Origin: an uncultured virus (IMG/VR IMGVR_UViG_3300022660_000083)
Taxonomy: Duplodnaviria; Heunggongvirae; Uroviricota; Caudoviricetes
Reading direction: 5' to 3' (one strand)
DNA length: 64,000 bases
IMG/VR virus record: IMGVR_UViG_3300022660_000083
Positions 45,029 through 55,681 of this stretch are shown piece after piece. Numbering within the stretch: the first letter of the stretch is position 1; each line of letters starts with the position of its first letter. The position numbers were made by a program, and so were the translations under genes. The notes under the pieces are model-generated. The model searched no databases. It was not told the origin of the DNA and worked only from the letters and a program-made list of their open reading frames with translations.

Positions 45029-46228
45029 ATGACTATTACTGAACTTAGAGAAAAGAGAGCGAATACTTGGAAGGCTATGGAAGGTTTCCTTGATTCGCAC
45101 AGAAACGATCAGGGTGTACTTAGTGCAGAAGATGATGCTATTTACACCAAGATGGAAAAGGAACTTGAAACCTTTACTAACGAAATCAAGCGTATGGAAA
45201 GAAAAGAGGCAATGGAGGCAGAGCTTAATAAGCCTGTCACTGCACCTTTGACTGCAAAACCTATGAACACTAAAACCGAGGATGAGAAGGTAGGACGTGC
45301 ATCCAACTCTTATAAAAAGTCCTTCTGGAATGCTATGAGAGCAAAAACGGTTCGTCCTGATGTTGCCGATGCACTTAGAGTAGGTTCTGACCCTGAAGGT
45401 GGATACCTTGTACCTGATGAGTACGAAAAGACCCTTGTAGAAGGTCTTGAAGAGGAAAACATCTTTAGAAAGATTGCAAAGGTAATCACTACGTCTTCTG
45501 GTGATAGAAAAATTCCTGTTGTTGCATCTAAGGGTACTGCATCTTGGGTGGACGAGGAAGGTCTTATCCCTGAAAGCGATGATGCATTCACTCAGGTATC
45601 TATCGGTGCGTACAAACTTGGTACTACGATTAAGGTATCTGAAGAGCTTTTGAACGATTCCGTGTTTGACCTTGAGTCTTACATTTCTAAGGAGTTTGCA
45701 AGACGAATTGGTAGCCGTGAGGAAGATGCGTTCTTCAATGGTGACGGTGTTGGTAAGCCTATCGGTATCTTCAATGCAACGGGTGGTGCAGATGTGGGTG
45801 TAACTACTGCGAGTGCAACTGCTATCACTGCCGATGAACTTATCGACCTTTTCTATTCCCTTAAAGCACCTTATAGAAAGAATGCCGTATGGGTTCTTAA
45901 CGATGCAACCATTAAGGCAATCAGAAAACTTAAGGACAACAACGGTAACTACTTGTGGCAGCCTGCACTTACTGCTAATACGCCCGATACCATTCTTGGT
46001 AAGCCTGTATTCACTTCGAGCTATGTTCCTACCATTGCGGCAGGTGCAAAGACTATCGCATTCGGTGATTTCTCTTACTATTGGGTAGCTGATAGACAGT
46101 CTCGTAGTTTCAAGAAGCTTACTGAACTTTACGCTGCAACTGGTCAGGTCGGCTTTGTTGCTACTCAAAGAGTGGACGGTAAACTTATCCTTTCTGAGGC
46201 AATCAAGGTACTTGCACAGAAGGAGTAA
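45029..46228 (+). CDS. Major capsid protein (HK97 fold)
   Basis: N-terminal coiled-coil delta domain, GGYLVP, VSEELL.DS, GDG..KP.GI, FGDFS, RVDG. Confidence 0.95.
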   Translation: MTITELREKRANTWKAMEGFLDSHRNDQGVLSAEDDAIYTKMEKELETFTNEIKRMERKEAMEAELNKPVTAPLTAKPMNTKTEDEKVGRASNSYKKSFWNAMRAKTVRPDVADALRVGSDPEGGYLVPDEYEKTLVEGLEEENIFRKIAKVITTSSGDRKIPVVASKGTASWVDEEGLIPESDDAFTQVSIGAYKLGTTIKVSEELLNDSVFDLESYISKEFARRIGSREEDAFFNGDGVGKPIGIFNATGGADVGVTTASATAITADELIDLFYSLKAPYRKNAVWVLNDATIKAIRKLKDNNGNYLWQPALTANTPDTILGKPVFTSSYVPTIAAGAKTIAFGDFSYYWVADRQSRSFKKLTELYAATGQVGFVATQRVDGKLILSEAIKVLAQKE

Positions 46229-46248
46229 TCAAATAGGAGGTGGCAGTT

Positions 46249-46566
46249 ATGATGGCTAGAGATTTACTTGCAAGGGTGAAAGAAAATTTAATCATTACAT
46301 TCAATGACGATGACAGTCTTATTCTCGGTTTCATAACTGCCGCCATATCCTATGCGGAAAGTTATCAACACTTAACCGAAGGCACATACAAGCACTTCCC
46401 AATGCCGCCTACCACACAACAAGCTGTCATTATGCTAGCATCCTACTTTTACGAATCTCGTGATGGTAGTACGGGTGGGTTCTTTGCTAACTCACCTCAA
46501 GCAGCAGACCAAGTGTGGAAGACGGTAAATATCTTATTGCGACTAGATAAGCGTTGGGAGGTGTAG
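46249..46566 (+). CDS. Head-tail connector (gp6-like)
   Basis: VKENL...DD.LI, QAVIML..YFYESR; position. Confidence 0.85.
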   Translation: MMARDLLARVKENLIITFNDDDSLILGFITAAISYAESYQHLTEGTYKHFPMPPTTQQAVIMLASYFYESRDGSTGGFFANSPQAADQVWKTVNILLRLDKRWEV

Positions 46567-46568
46567 GT

Positions 46569-46904
46569 ATGGCTTTGGGACAAATGAATAAACCTGCATT
46601 GCTCTGCGAAAAGGTGTTTGTGACCGATTCTGAGGGCTTTTCTACGCCCAACGTTTGCATTTTAGCCAACCTTCGAGTGTTTGTTGAAGGACGTCACGGA
46701 AGCGAAAGGTGGGCGAATTTGGCGGCTTTTAGCGAGGCAACCGAACTGTTCCGTTTCAGGAAAATACCTAACCTTAAAATCACAACTAAGCAATACATCA
46801 TTTTTGAAGATGAAGAGTACAATATCCTTTCGGTTGAGGACATCAAAGGAAGGAATATGTATATTGAAGTTTTGGCAAAAAAGGTGGTGGCATCGGGTGG
46901 CTAA
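46569..46904 (+). CDS. Head closure / head-tail adaptor
   Basis: Position and FRFR...YNILSV pattern. Confidence 0.8.
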   Translation: MALGQMNKPALLCEKVFVTDSEGFSTPNVCILANLRVFVEGRHGSERWANLAAFSEATELFRFRKIPNLKITTKQYIIFEDEEYNILSVEDIKGRNMYIEVLAKKVVASGG

Positions 46905-47310
46905 ATGTATTTGCAAATTGCCTGAAGACTTACTTAAAAAGCTCTCAAAACTAGGCAGCAAAATGGATGACGTTAGTGAAGTTGTGCTTGAGGCTGGCGG
47001 TGAGGTTGTTTTGGATAAAGTTAAAAGCAATCTTGAAAGCGTACTAAGTGGTGAATCTACAGGTGAACTTGTAGGTTCGCTTGGCTTAACCAAAGTTAGA
47101 GTTGGCAAGGATGGTAATCACAACATCAAGGTTGGTTTTGCCGAGCCAAGAAAAGATGGTAAGTCAAACGCTATGATAGCCAATATCCTTGAGTATGGCA
47201 AAAGCGGACAAGAGGCTCGACCTTTTCTTAAACCTGCAAAGAAGCAATCAAAGAAAGCGTGCATAGATGTTATGACACGAAAACTTGAGGAGGAGCTAGA
47301 TAAGATATGA
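46897..47310 (+). CDS. HK97 gp10-family tail completion protein
   Basis: TGEL..SL, LEYG..ARPFLKPA; GTG start. Confidence 0.85.
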   Translation: MAKCICKLPEDLLKKLSKLGSKMDDVSEVVLEAGGEVVLDKVKSNLESVLSGESTGELVGSLGLTKVRVGKDGNHNIKVGFAEPRKDGKSNAMIANILEYGKSGQEARPFLKPAKKQSKKACIDVMTRKLEEELDKI

Positions 47311-47648
47311 GTATTTTAGCAGATGTGAAATTGCTGTTTGAACCACTAGACTTGCCTATTGAAACGGGCGTGTATAAAGGTGATGCAGTGGACTCTTATA
47401 TCGTTCTTGTTCCTATGTCGGACGGGTTCGTTCTTCATGCGGATAACGTGCCAAACGGTGAGGTGCAAGAGCTACGAATTTCACTTTATTCAAAGAGCAA
47501 TTATAGGAAAATAACAAACCAAATCGTGAAACTTCTTTTAGAAGCAGATTTTACGATTACTGACCGAAGATATATCGGTTACGAAACTGAAACAGGATAC
47601 TACCACTATGTGGTAGACACCGAAAAAAATTACGAACTGGAGGATTAA
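47307..47648 (+). CDS. Tail terminator-like protein
   Basis: YETETGYYHY motif; position before the major tail gene. Confidence 0.7.
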   Translation: MSILADVKLLFEPLDLPIETGVYKGDAVDSYIVLVPMSDGFVLHADNVPNGEVQELRISLYSKSNYRKITNQIVKLLLEADFTITDRRYIGYETETGYYHYVVDTEKNYELED

Positions 47649-47653
47649 AAATT

Positions 47654-48256
47654 ATGGCAACAATCGGTCTTGATAAACTGTATTATGCAAAAATTACCGA
47701 AGCTGAAAATGGTGATGAAACCTATGGTACTCCCATTCAGCTTGCTAAGGCTATCTCGGCAGACCTTTCGGTAGAACTTGCTGAGGCTACTCTTTATGCT
47801 GACGATGGTACGGCAGAAGTGGCAAAGGAATTCAAATCAGGTACTCTTTCGCTTGGTATTGATGATATCGGCAACGTGGCAGCATCCGACCTTACGGGAG
47901 CAACCATTGATAAAAACAATGTAGTGGTTTCCGCATCAGAGGATAACGGTTCACCTGTAGCCATTGGTTTTAGAGCTAAGAAAGCAAACGGTAAGTATCG
48001 TTATTTTTGGCTTTATAGGGTTGTGTTCGGTATCCCTGCTACAAACCTTGCTACAAAGGGTGACAGTATCACTTTCTCTACACCGACCATTGAAGGAACG
48101 GTTCTTCGTAGAAACAAAGCAGATACTCGTGGTAAACATCCTTGGAAGGCAGAGGTTACCGAAGGCGATACTACAAGCACAACTACAATTACCAATTGGT
48201 ACAAAGAGGTTTACGAACCTACTTATTCAACTACGACTACAGGAGGTAGCAACTAA
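47654..48256 (+). CDS. Major tail protein (phi13 family)
   Basis: IGLDKLYYA, LYADD, VAIGFRAKKANG.YRYFWLY. Confidence 0.9.
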   Translation: MATIGLDKLYYAKITEAENGDETYGTPIQLAKAISADLSVELAEATLYADDGTAEVAKEFKSGTLSLGIDDIGNVAASDLTGATIDKNNVVVSASEDNGSPVAIGFRAKKANGKYRYFWLYRVVFGIPATNLATKGDSITFSTPTIEGTVLRRNKADTRGKHPWKAEVTEGDTTSTTTITNWYKEVYEPTYSTTTTGGSN

Positions 48257-48639
48257 TGAGTGCAGATAGAACAGCAACTATTACTATTGGCGGTGAGGAA
48301 TATACGCTTATCCTTACTACGAAGGCAACAAAGGAAATCGCAGGAAGATACGGTGGTCTTGAAAATCTTGGTGATAAGCTCATGAAGAGTGAGAACTTTG
48401 AACTTGCGATTGGTGAAATCGTATGGCTTATTACCGTTCTTGCAAATCAGTCTATCCTTATTCACAACCTTACAAACAAGGATAATCAGAAGGAACTTTT
48501 AACCGAGGATAAGGTGGAACTTTTGACAACGCCTTTCGACCTTGCTACCTATAAAGCAGCAATTACCGAGGCTCTTTATAAAGGCACAAAACGAAATATT
48601 GCAAGTGAGACTAGCGAAAAAAACGCACAAGTCGGGTAA
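48256..48639 (+). CDS. Tail assembly chaperone (gpG-like)
   Basis: Position between the major tail and tape measure genes; slippery site A AAA AAC at 48618-48624. Confidence 0.8.
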   Translation: MSADRTATITIGGEEYTLILTTKATKEIAGRYGGLENLGDKLMKSENFELAIGEIVWLITVLANQSILIHNLTNKDNQKELLTEDKVELLTTPFDLATYKAAITEALYKGTKRNIASETSEKNAQVG

Positions 48640-48827
48640 GTGACGAAGAGTTATTTACTCGACTTTTATATTACGGCTTAGCACATCTCCACCTTTCGCA
48701 GGATGAGGTGTGGTTTATGCCTTTCGGTCTACTCCTTGACCTTTGGGAATGCCATAAACAATTTAACGGAATGGCAAAGCCTAGAGTGGAAAGAGATATA
48801 GACGATATTATCCCGTATGGAATTTAA
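48621..48827 (+). CDS. -1 frameshift extension of the tail chaperone (gpGT-like)
   Basis: Open -1 frame KRTSRVSDEELFTRLLYYG...IIPYGI*, with no RBS or start at its 5' end. Confidence 0.75.
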   Translation, partial: KRTSRVSDEELFTRLLYYGLAHLHLSQDEVWFMPFGLLLDLWECHKQFNGMAKPRVERDIDDIIPYGI

Positions 48828-48846
48828 CAACAAGGAGGTGAGGTAA

Positions 48847-51588
48847 ATGGCAGACAATTTCGGATTAAAAATCGGTCTTGAAGGCGAAAAAGAGTTCAAA
48901 GCGGCACTTGCTGAAATAAACCAACAGTTCAAAGTTCTAGGCTCGGAAATGCGACTTGTCGAGTCAGAGTTCGGTAAGAACAACACCTCCGTAGAAGGCT
49001 TGACTGCACGAAATCAAGTCTTAAGCAAGGAAATTGAAGCACAAAAGCAACGCATCGAGGTTTTAAGACAAGCGTTAGCCAATGCAACCGAGTCTTTTGG
49101 TGAAACGGATAAAAGAACACAAGCATGGCAGATCCAACTGAACAACGCTCAAGCTGAACTAAACAATATGCAGCGTGAGCTAGACCAAAATAATGATGCT
49201 TTGGAACGAGCTGCGGATGGTCTTGATGATGCCGAAAAAGAAGCTGACGATTTTGGTGATGAGGTTGAAGATGCAGGAAAACAAAGTGAAGATGCAGGTG
49301 GCAAGTTCGATGGTCTTGGTACTACTTGTAAAGCAGTAGCAGCCACGCTTGCTGCCGCCTTCGCTGCCGTATCTGCCGCAGCTATTTCTGCAGGTAAAGC
49401 ACTTGTAGATATGACAACTGAAGGTGCGGCTTATGCTGATACAGTCTTAACCGAGTCAACAGTTACAGGCATTGCAACCGACAAACTCCAAGAATATATG
49501 TACGCTGCCGAACTTGTGGATGTTTCTACTGAAACCTTAACCAAGTCAATGGCAAAGCAGATAAAGAGTATGAAAGCCGTTCAAGACGGAACAAAACTCT
49601 CTGCCGAGGCATACGAAAAACTTGGTGTTGAGGTCTTGAATGCAGACGGTAGTCTTCGTGATAGTGATACGGTCTATTGGGAGGTTATCGATGCATTAGG
49701 AAAGCTAGAAAATGAAACCGAGCGTGATGCTTTAGGTATGCAAATTCTAGGTAAATCGGCACAGGAACTTAATCCGCTTATTGAAGCAGGTGCAGAGAGA
49801 ATGAAAGAACTCGGCAACCAAGCAAGAGAGGCAGGATATGTTGTCGGTGACGATATGCTTAATGCTTACGGTGCTCTCGATGACCAAATTCAATATCTTA
49901 ACGTTGGAACTACGGCAGCAAAGAATGCTCTAGGCACAGTACTTTTACCAATTCTTACTGACCTTGCAACAGACGGTGTTGACCTTCTTGGTGAGTTCAC
50001 GAACGGAATTCTAGCAGCCAATGGTGACATAGGTGCGATGTCTGATGTCATCGGTGATATCTTACCGAAAGCACTCGATATGGTTATGGCGTATGTGCCT
50101 GAACTGTTAGAAATGATAGGAGAGGTTGTTGGTTCGTTAGGTCAAGCAATAGTGGATAATTTACCTATTATTGTTGATTCAGCAACGCAAATAATCTTCT
50201 CAATTCTAAATGGTCTGATAGCAGGTTTACCAAAAATAGCAGACGGTGCTTTGCAGCTCGTTTTAGGACTAGTTGACGGAATACTAGCACAGTTGCCGTT
50301 GCTAATTAAAGTGGCGGCAGAGGTCATTGTTACGCTTGCAAACGGCATCGCAAAGTCCATACCGAAACTTATACCAACGCTTGTCAAAGTGGTAGTGGAG
50401 GTATGCACAACTCTAGTTAAAAATTTGCCTTTAATTTTAGATGCGGCACTTCAACTTATTATGGGTCTTGCTCAAGGTATCCTTGATGCCATTCCTGTTT
50501 TAATTGAGGCTCTGCCTGAACTTATCCAAGCAATTCTTGATTTTATCATTGATGCAATACCTCAAATTATAGACGCAGGAATTCAGCTTTTGACATCCCT
50601 TGTCGATGCTTTGCCTGTTATTATTGCAGCCATTGTAGAGGTAATTCCACAGATTATTTCAAGCATTATAGAGGCGGTGCTTACTGCAATTCCAATGATT
50701 GTTGAAGCAGGTATCGAGCTTTTGACTTCGCTTATTGATGCTTTGCCGACCATTATTTTGACGATAGTGGAGGCTATTCCTCAAATTATCGAAGGCATCA
50801 TTACTGCGGTTATAGCAGCTATTCCTCAAATTATAGAGGCAGGTATTACGCTTCTTACATCTTTGGTAGGTGCATTGCCTGATATTATAATCGGCATTAT
50901 TGAGGCAATACCTGAAATTATAAACGGAATTATAAATGCGTTACTCGACAACATCGGTCTTTTGATACAGGCAGGTGTTGAACTGTTTATGGCGTTGATT
51001 ACAAATCTCCCAACCATAATCATTGAGCTTGTAAAAGCAGTACCTCAAATCTTATCTGCATTGATAGAGGCTTTTGGTAAAGGAATCGGCTCTTTTGTAG
51101 ATATCGGTGCGAATCTTGTAAAAGGCTTGTGGGAAGGTATACAAAGTCTTGCTACATGGCTTTGGGATAAGGTTTCAAGTTGGGCTAGTGACCTTTGGGA
51201 TGGTATTTGTGATTTCTTTGGTATCCATTCACCGTCAAGAAAAATGGCGTGGATCGGTGACATGATGATGGAAGGTTTGGCAGGTGGTATTGACGAGTCT
51301 GCAGGACTTGCAATTAAGTCTGCTACCGATATGACAGACGATTTGAACTCCGTGTTTAATGATTTGTCGGCAGACCTTACGACTGCCTTACCCGAAGCAA
51401 TAGATGTTAACGCAGTGAAATCAACAAGCCTTGATGGTGTGAAAAACGGAGGTGCTAGTGGCTTTGTGCTGCAACTTAGCATTGGTACTTTCAATAACTA
51501 CACAAACGAGGATATTACTGAACTTACAAACGAAATAATGCAAACTGCAGGAGCATTTATGAAACGCAAGGAGGTGTTGTTGGGATGA
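48847..51588 (+). CDS. Tape measure protein
   Basis: N-terminal coiled coil, hydrophobic IPQII/LPxII repeats, FFGIHSPSR. Confidence 0.92.
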   Translation: MADNFGLKIGLEGEKEFKAALAEINQQFKVLGSEMRLVESEFGKNNTSVEGLTARNQVLSKEIEAQKQRIEVLRQALANATESFGETDKRTQAWQIQLNNAQAELNNMQRELDQNNDALERAADGLDDAEKEADDFGDEVEDAGKQSEDAGGKFDGLGTTCKAVAATLAAAFAAVSAAAISAGKALVDMTTEGAAYADTVLTESTVTGIATDKLQEYMYAAELVDVSTETLTKSMAKQIKSMKAVQDGTKLSAEAYEKLGVEVLNADGSLRDSDTVYWEVIDALGKLENETERDALGMQILGKSAQELNPLIEAGAERMKELGNQAREAGYVVGDDMLNAYGALDDQIQYLNVGTTAAKNALGTVLLPILTDLATDGVDLLGEFTNGILAANGDIGAMSDVIGDILPKALDMVMAYVPELLEMIGEVVGSLGQAIVDNLPIIVDSATQIIFSILNGLIAGLPKIADGALQLVLGLVDGILAQLPLLIKVAAEVIVTLANGIAKSIPKLIPTLVKVVVEVCTTLVKNLPLILDAALQLIMGLAQGILDAIPVLIEALPELIQAILDFIIDAIPQIIDAGIQLLTSLVDALPVIIAAIVEVIPQIISSIIEAVLTAIPMIVEAGIELLTSLIDALPTIILTIVEAIPQIIEGIITAVIAAIPQIIEAGITLLTSLVGALPDIIIGIIEAIPEIINGIINALLDNIGLLIQAGVELFMALITNLPTIIIELVKAVPQILSALIEAFGKGIGSFVDIGANLVKGLWEGIQSLATWLWDKVSSWASDLWDGICDFFGIHSPSRKMAWIGDMMMEGLAGGIDESAGLAIKSATDMTDDLNSVFNDLSADLTTALPEAIDVNAVKSTSLDGVKNGGASGFVLQLSIGTFNNYTNEDITELTNEIMQTAGAFMKRKEVLLG

Positions 51589-52316
51589 ATTATTTTGTTT
51601 ATAACGGTGTTCGTTCTACCGATATGGGAGTGCGAATTATGTCGAAAAATGTATTCTCTGCACCCAAGTATGACTTGACCTTTCAAGCAATACCAGGAAG
51701 AAATGGTGACCTAATCAATCCGAATGGTCGCTTTCCTAATGTAACGGTGAGTTATACTTGTTTCCTTCCTGCAAAAAGCATAAGTGAGCTTGCAGAGAAA
51801 ATAATGAGTTTGAAGGCTTGGCTTTATACCGAACCCGATAGATACCACATCTTGACGGATAGTTATGACACGTGCTTTCAACGCAAAGCAGTCTTTAATA
51901 ACAAACTTGATATTGCTGATGAGATAAATAAAATCGGTACATTCACCGTGAATTTTTCTTGTCAGCCTTTTAGGTTTTCTATTGCAGGACAAAAGAAAAG
52001 TAGCCACACGGCTACGAGTTTTTCACTTACAAATCCTTATCCTTTCACTGCCAAACCATATCTAAAAATAAGTGGTAGTGGAAGCGGAAGAGTTATTGTT
52101 CAGTCGAGTTCGTATAACGCAATATGGTCATTCTTAGATATTGACGAGTATGTTGAATGCGACTCTGAAATGATGAACTTTTATAAGGATACAATTCTTA
52201 AAAATGACACGGTTGAGGGTGACGGTTTTCCACTTTTACATCAAGGTAAGAACACCATTACTTTTGACGGTGGAATTACAAAAGTCGAAATTATACCGAG
52301 GTGGGTGAGCATATGA
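51585..52316 (+). CDS. Distal tail protein (Dit)
   Basis: YNG..S, IPGRNG, F.CQPF, FPLL..GKN.I, PRW end. Confidence 0.85.
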   Translation: MNYFVYNGVRSTDMGVRIMSKNVFSAPKYDLTFQAIPGRNGDLINPNGRFPNVTVSYTCFLPAKSISELAEKIMSLKAWLYTEPDRYHILTDSYDTCFQRKAVFNNKLDIADEINKIGTFTVNFSCQPFRFSIAGQKKSSHTATSFSLTNPYPFTAKPYLKISGSGSGRVIVQSSSYNAIWSFLDIDEYVECDSEMMNFYKDTILKNDTVEGDGFPLLHQGKNTITFDGGITKVEIIPRWVSI

Positions 52317-55300
52317 TTCCAATTCTTTATAAAGAAGATACAACTAACTTTTCTACCTATGGTATTGGCACTTTGACGGATACGATTTCTTGTGAAGTGA
52401 CCGAAGAGCGAAACGGTGTATATGAGTGCGTGATTAAGTATCCTGTAACAGGTGTGCATTTTGGTGAGATTACAAAGGAAAGGCTTATAAAAGCAAAGCC
52501 CAATGACACATCGAATCCTCAAGCATTCCGCATTTACAGGATAACAACACCACTTAATGGCATCGTGAAAATCCATGCACAACACATCTCGTATGACCTT
52601 ATAGGAATTCCTGTGCCGATTTGTTCAACAGCACCTATGATGCCGCAGTTACTTGTGGATCAGTTATTTGCATCGGCACTTGTTCCTCACAACTTTACAT
52701 TCAAAACCGAATATACGCTGCCTCAAAGGTGTGAAATCGCAAAACCTAAGAACTTAAGAGCAGTGCTTGGTGGTTCAGGTGGTTCTGTTCTTGATGTGTG
52801 GGGTGGTGAGTTTGAATGGGATAACTTTGAGGTTATTCATCACAAGGAACGTGGTGCAAATAACGGTGTTGTCATCGAGTATGGAAAGAACCTAACCAAG
52901 CTAGAACAAGATAGCGATATTAGTGAAATCTACACCGACCTTTTGCCTTATGCAGTGTCTACGGATGAAGAAGGAGTGGAAACGGTAGTTACACTTGTTG
53001 AACAGACTCTACCGATTACCAAAACAACGCTAAAACAAAAGAAGATACTCATTAAGGACTTTACCGACTCATTTGAAATGGGTGAAAGTATACATCACAA
53101 CGAGCTAAGGTTAAAGGCGAAAGATTATATATCCAACAACCCACTTGGCGTGGAAACACCGTCACTTACGATTTCCTTTGCAGCTCTTTGGAAACAACCT
53201 GAATATCCTGCGTTACTTGAGCGTGTTTCTCTTTGCGACACAGTAATGGTAAAGCATATTGATTATGGCGTTTCGGTGAAACAAAAGGTCATTAAAACGG
53301 TCTATGATTCGTTGCTTGAAAGGTATATATCTATCACGCTTGGTGCAGTTAAGTCTAACTTTATAAACGAGGTATCTAGCACCAAAGTGGCAATGCAAAC
53401 TGTAACGCAAACAGTGGATAGAATGCCTACGCTAGTAAATGCTGCAATCAATAACGCAACAAAGCTCATTACAGGTCAAAAAGGCGGTTATGTCATTCTC
53501 AACGGTGATAGCGAAACAAGTATGCCTTATGAGTTGCTTGTTTTAGACCAACCGAATATTGCTGATGCAGTTAATGTATGGCGTTGGAACGTTGGTGGAC
53601 TTGGCTTTTCATCTAATGGCTATAATGGTCCTTACGAAACGGCTATCACATCAGACGGTCAAATTGTAGCGGACTTTATTACCACAGGCACACTTTTAGC
53701 AGACATCATAAAGGCAGGAATTATCTCTTCTAAAGACGGTTCTTCCTATTGGAATATCGATACGGGTGAGGTGGTAATTAAAGCCTATGCAACAAGTGAT
53801 GCTCTAAATAAAGCAGTAGAAGGGCTTGAAGGTAGCATTGAAAAGGTGGAAACAACCTTCACTCAAAGAGCAACGAGCATTGAGGCAAGAGTAACTACCA
53901 ACGAAACAAACATCTCATCCTTAACCGTATCGGTTGGTAAGGTGGAAACGAGGGTAAGCACTGCCGAAGGTAATCTCTCTTCGCTTACAACCGATGTTAG
54001 TGGAATTAAAACCCGTGTATCTAGTGTGGAAGGTGACGTGTCAACCATCGAGCAAAATGTGTCTAGCATAACTACAAGAGTGGCAAATGCTGAAGGAGAT
54101 ATCTCTTCCCTTGAAACAAGCGTTAGTGGTATTTCCACAAGGGTATCTACGGCTGAAGGAAACATATCTAGCCTTACGCAAACGGTAAATGGCTTTAACA
54201 CTAGAATTTCTACGACTGAGGGTAATATCTCAACCATTTCTCAAAGTGTATCAAGCCTTACAACACGCATAGCTACTGCAGAGGGAGATATTTCAACTCT
54301 TGAGCAAACAACAAGTTCACTTTCTGCAACAGTAGCCACAAAAGTTGGTAGCGAAGGTGGTAGCACTTCGTCATTCGGTTGGAGTTTGACGAGTAGTGGT
54401 TTTTACCTTTATTCCAATAGCTCAACCGTTATGTCCGTCACAAGTTCAGGTCTTTCGGTGAGTGGTTCAATTACTGCGACATCAGGAACGATAGGTGGCT
54501 TTACCATTGGATCTACCAAACTATACAAGACCAAAACTGCTTATAACAACACAACTGCAGGTGTTTATCTTGGAACGGACGGTATTGGACTAGGTGCAGG
54601 AACTTTCTATGTAACCTCGGCAGGATATCTTTATGCGACAAGTGGCAAAATCGGTGGTATGAGCTTAAACGCAAGTCAGATGTATTCTGACAACTTTATT
54701 TTAGGTACTGTTTACGATGCAAACGACTCTTCAAAATCCTTTACCACGCTTTCTTTTGGTTCTACGGACGGCACAACCTTTACGGCTACAACCGTTCTTA
54801 CGAATAGTGGATGTTATATGTATTCCTTGTCTAGCGATTACATTTATTGTGGTGTTATTCGTGCAATGTCCATAAGAGCAGATGCAGGTGTAAGTTCAAC
54901 CACAGGTTTCTATTTTGGTTATTCGGGTGGTTCTGTTACTTACAGTGCAAAGCTTTCATGGAGTGGACAGATGCTTTACTTGAAGATTTATAACGAGGAC
55001 GGAGTTCAAACTGCTCTTACTGAGGCAAAGACATTCGTTGTTCATTATGCCTGTATTTGGGGTGGAGATACCACTTGGAATGCTACTGTATCAAAAGGTT
55101 CAAGCTCCACATCCATTGACACGAATGCCTTTTGGGGTATTGATTATGCAACCTTTAACTATTCAAGCTCAAACAAGTCGCAGCACACCTACTATTTCAC
55201 GATATCGGGAACTAGTGCTGCTACAACGATTACTGCTAGAGGACATATTGTGCCGTGGAGTGATAATACCTACGATTTAGGTTCTGCCGCTTATAAATGG

Positions 55301-55681
55301 CGTAATATTTACGGACAAGCAGGTGTGGTTAACACTTCTGATAGAAACGAGAAATTTGACATTCTTCCAATGGCAGAGGTGTACGGACAAATCTTTGATA
55401 GACTTCTTCCTGTTACCTTCAAGTATGTAGATAATTCCAATGAAAGAACGCATATAGGTCTTGTAGCCCAGGATGTAAAAGATGCAATCTTGGATGTGGG
55501 ACTTACTACAAAAGAGTTCGCAGGATATTGCGAGTGGAAGAACGAGGACGAAACTATCGGTTGTGGTCTTAGATACAGTGAGTTTGTTGCTATCAACATT
55601 TACGAAATTCAAAAATTAAAAGCTCGTGTAAAAGAGCTAGAAGAAAAATTAAAAACGGAGGAAACAAACAATGAAACTTAA
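52313..55681 (+). CDS. Tail hub/spike protein with coiled-coil stalk and C-terminal S74-type intramolecular chaperone
   Basis: EERNG..YP, WGGE..DNF, YGKNL hub motifs; 21-aa repeats; YDLGS..WRNIY, TSDRNEK, HIGLVAQD, LRYSEF. Confidence 0.85.
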   Translation: MIPILYKEDTTNFSTYGIGTLTDTISCEVTEERNGVYECVIKYPVTGVHFGEITKERLIKAKPNDTSNPQAFRIYRITTPLNGIVKIHAQHISYDLIGIPVPICSTAPMMPQLLVDQLFASALVPHNFTFKTEYTLPQRCEIAKPKNLRAVLGGSGGSVLDVWGGEFEWDNFEVIHHKERGANNGVVIEYGKNLTKLEQDSDISEIYTDLLPYAVSTDEEGVETVVTLVEQTLPITKTTLKQKKILIKDFTDSFEMGESIHHNELRLKAKDYISNNPLGVETPSLTISFAALWKQPEYPALLERVSLCDTVMVKHIDYGVSVKQKVIKTVYDSLLERYISITLGAVKSNFINEVSSTKVAMQTVTQTVDRMPTLVNAAINNATKLITGQKGGYVILNGDSETSMPYELLVLDQPNIADAVNVWRWNVGGLGFSSNGYNGPYETAITSDGQIVADFITTGTLLADIIKAGIISSKDGSSYWNIDTGEVVIKAYATSDALNKAVEGLEGSIEKVETTFTQRATSIEARVTTNETNISSLTVSVGKVETRVSTAEGNLSSLTTDVSGIKTRVSSVEGDVSTIEQNVSSITTRVANAEGDISSLETSVSGISTRVSTAEGNISSLTQTVNGFNTRISTTEGNISTISQSVSSLTTRIATAEGDISTLEQTTSSLSATVATKVGSEGGSTSSFGWSLTSSGFYLYSNSSTVMSVTSSGLSVSGSITATSGTIGGFTIGSTKLYKTKTAYNNTTAGVYLGTDGIGLGAGTFYVTSAGYLYATSGKIGGMSLNASQMYSDNFILGTVYDANDSSKSFTTLSFGSTDGTTFTATTVLTNSGCYMYSLSSDYIYCGVIRAMSIRADAGVSSTTGFYFGYSGGSVTYSAKLSWSGQMLYLKIYNEDGVQTALTEAKTFVVHYACIWGGDTTWNATVSKGSSSTSIDTNAFWGIDYATFNYSSSNKSQHTYYFTISGTSAATTITARGHIVPWSDNTYDLGSAAYKWRNIYGQAGVVNTSDRNEKFDILPMAEVYGQIFDRLLPVTFKYVDNSNERTHIGLVAQDVKDAILDVGLTTKEFAGYCEWKNEDETIGCGLRYSEFVAINIYEIQKLKARVKELEEKLKTEETNNET
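53879..54319 (+). repeat. Seven 21-aa (63-nt) coding repeats, consensus I.TRVST.EG.ISSL...VS.
   Basis: Read directly from the translation. Confidence 0.85.

Noticed and set aside
45011..46168. 385-aa minus-strand ORF
   Set aside because: Antisense shadow of the major capsid gene; no RBS or recognisable motifs
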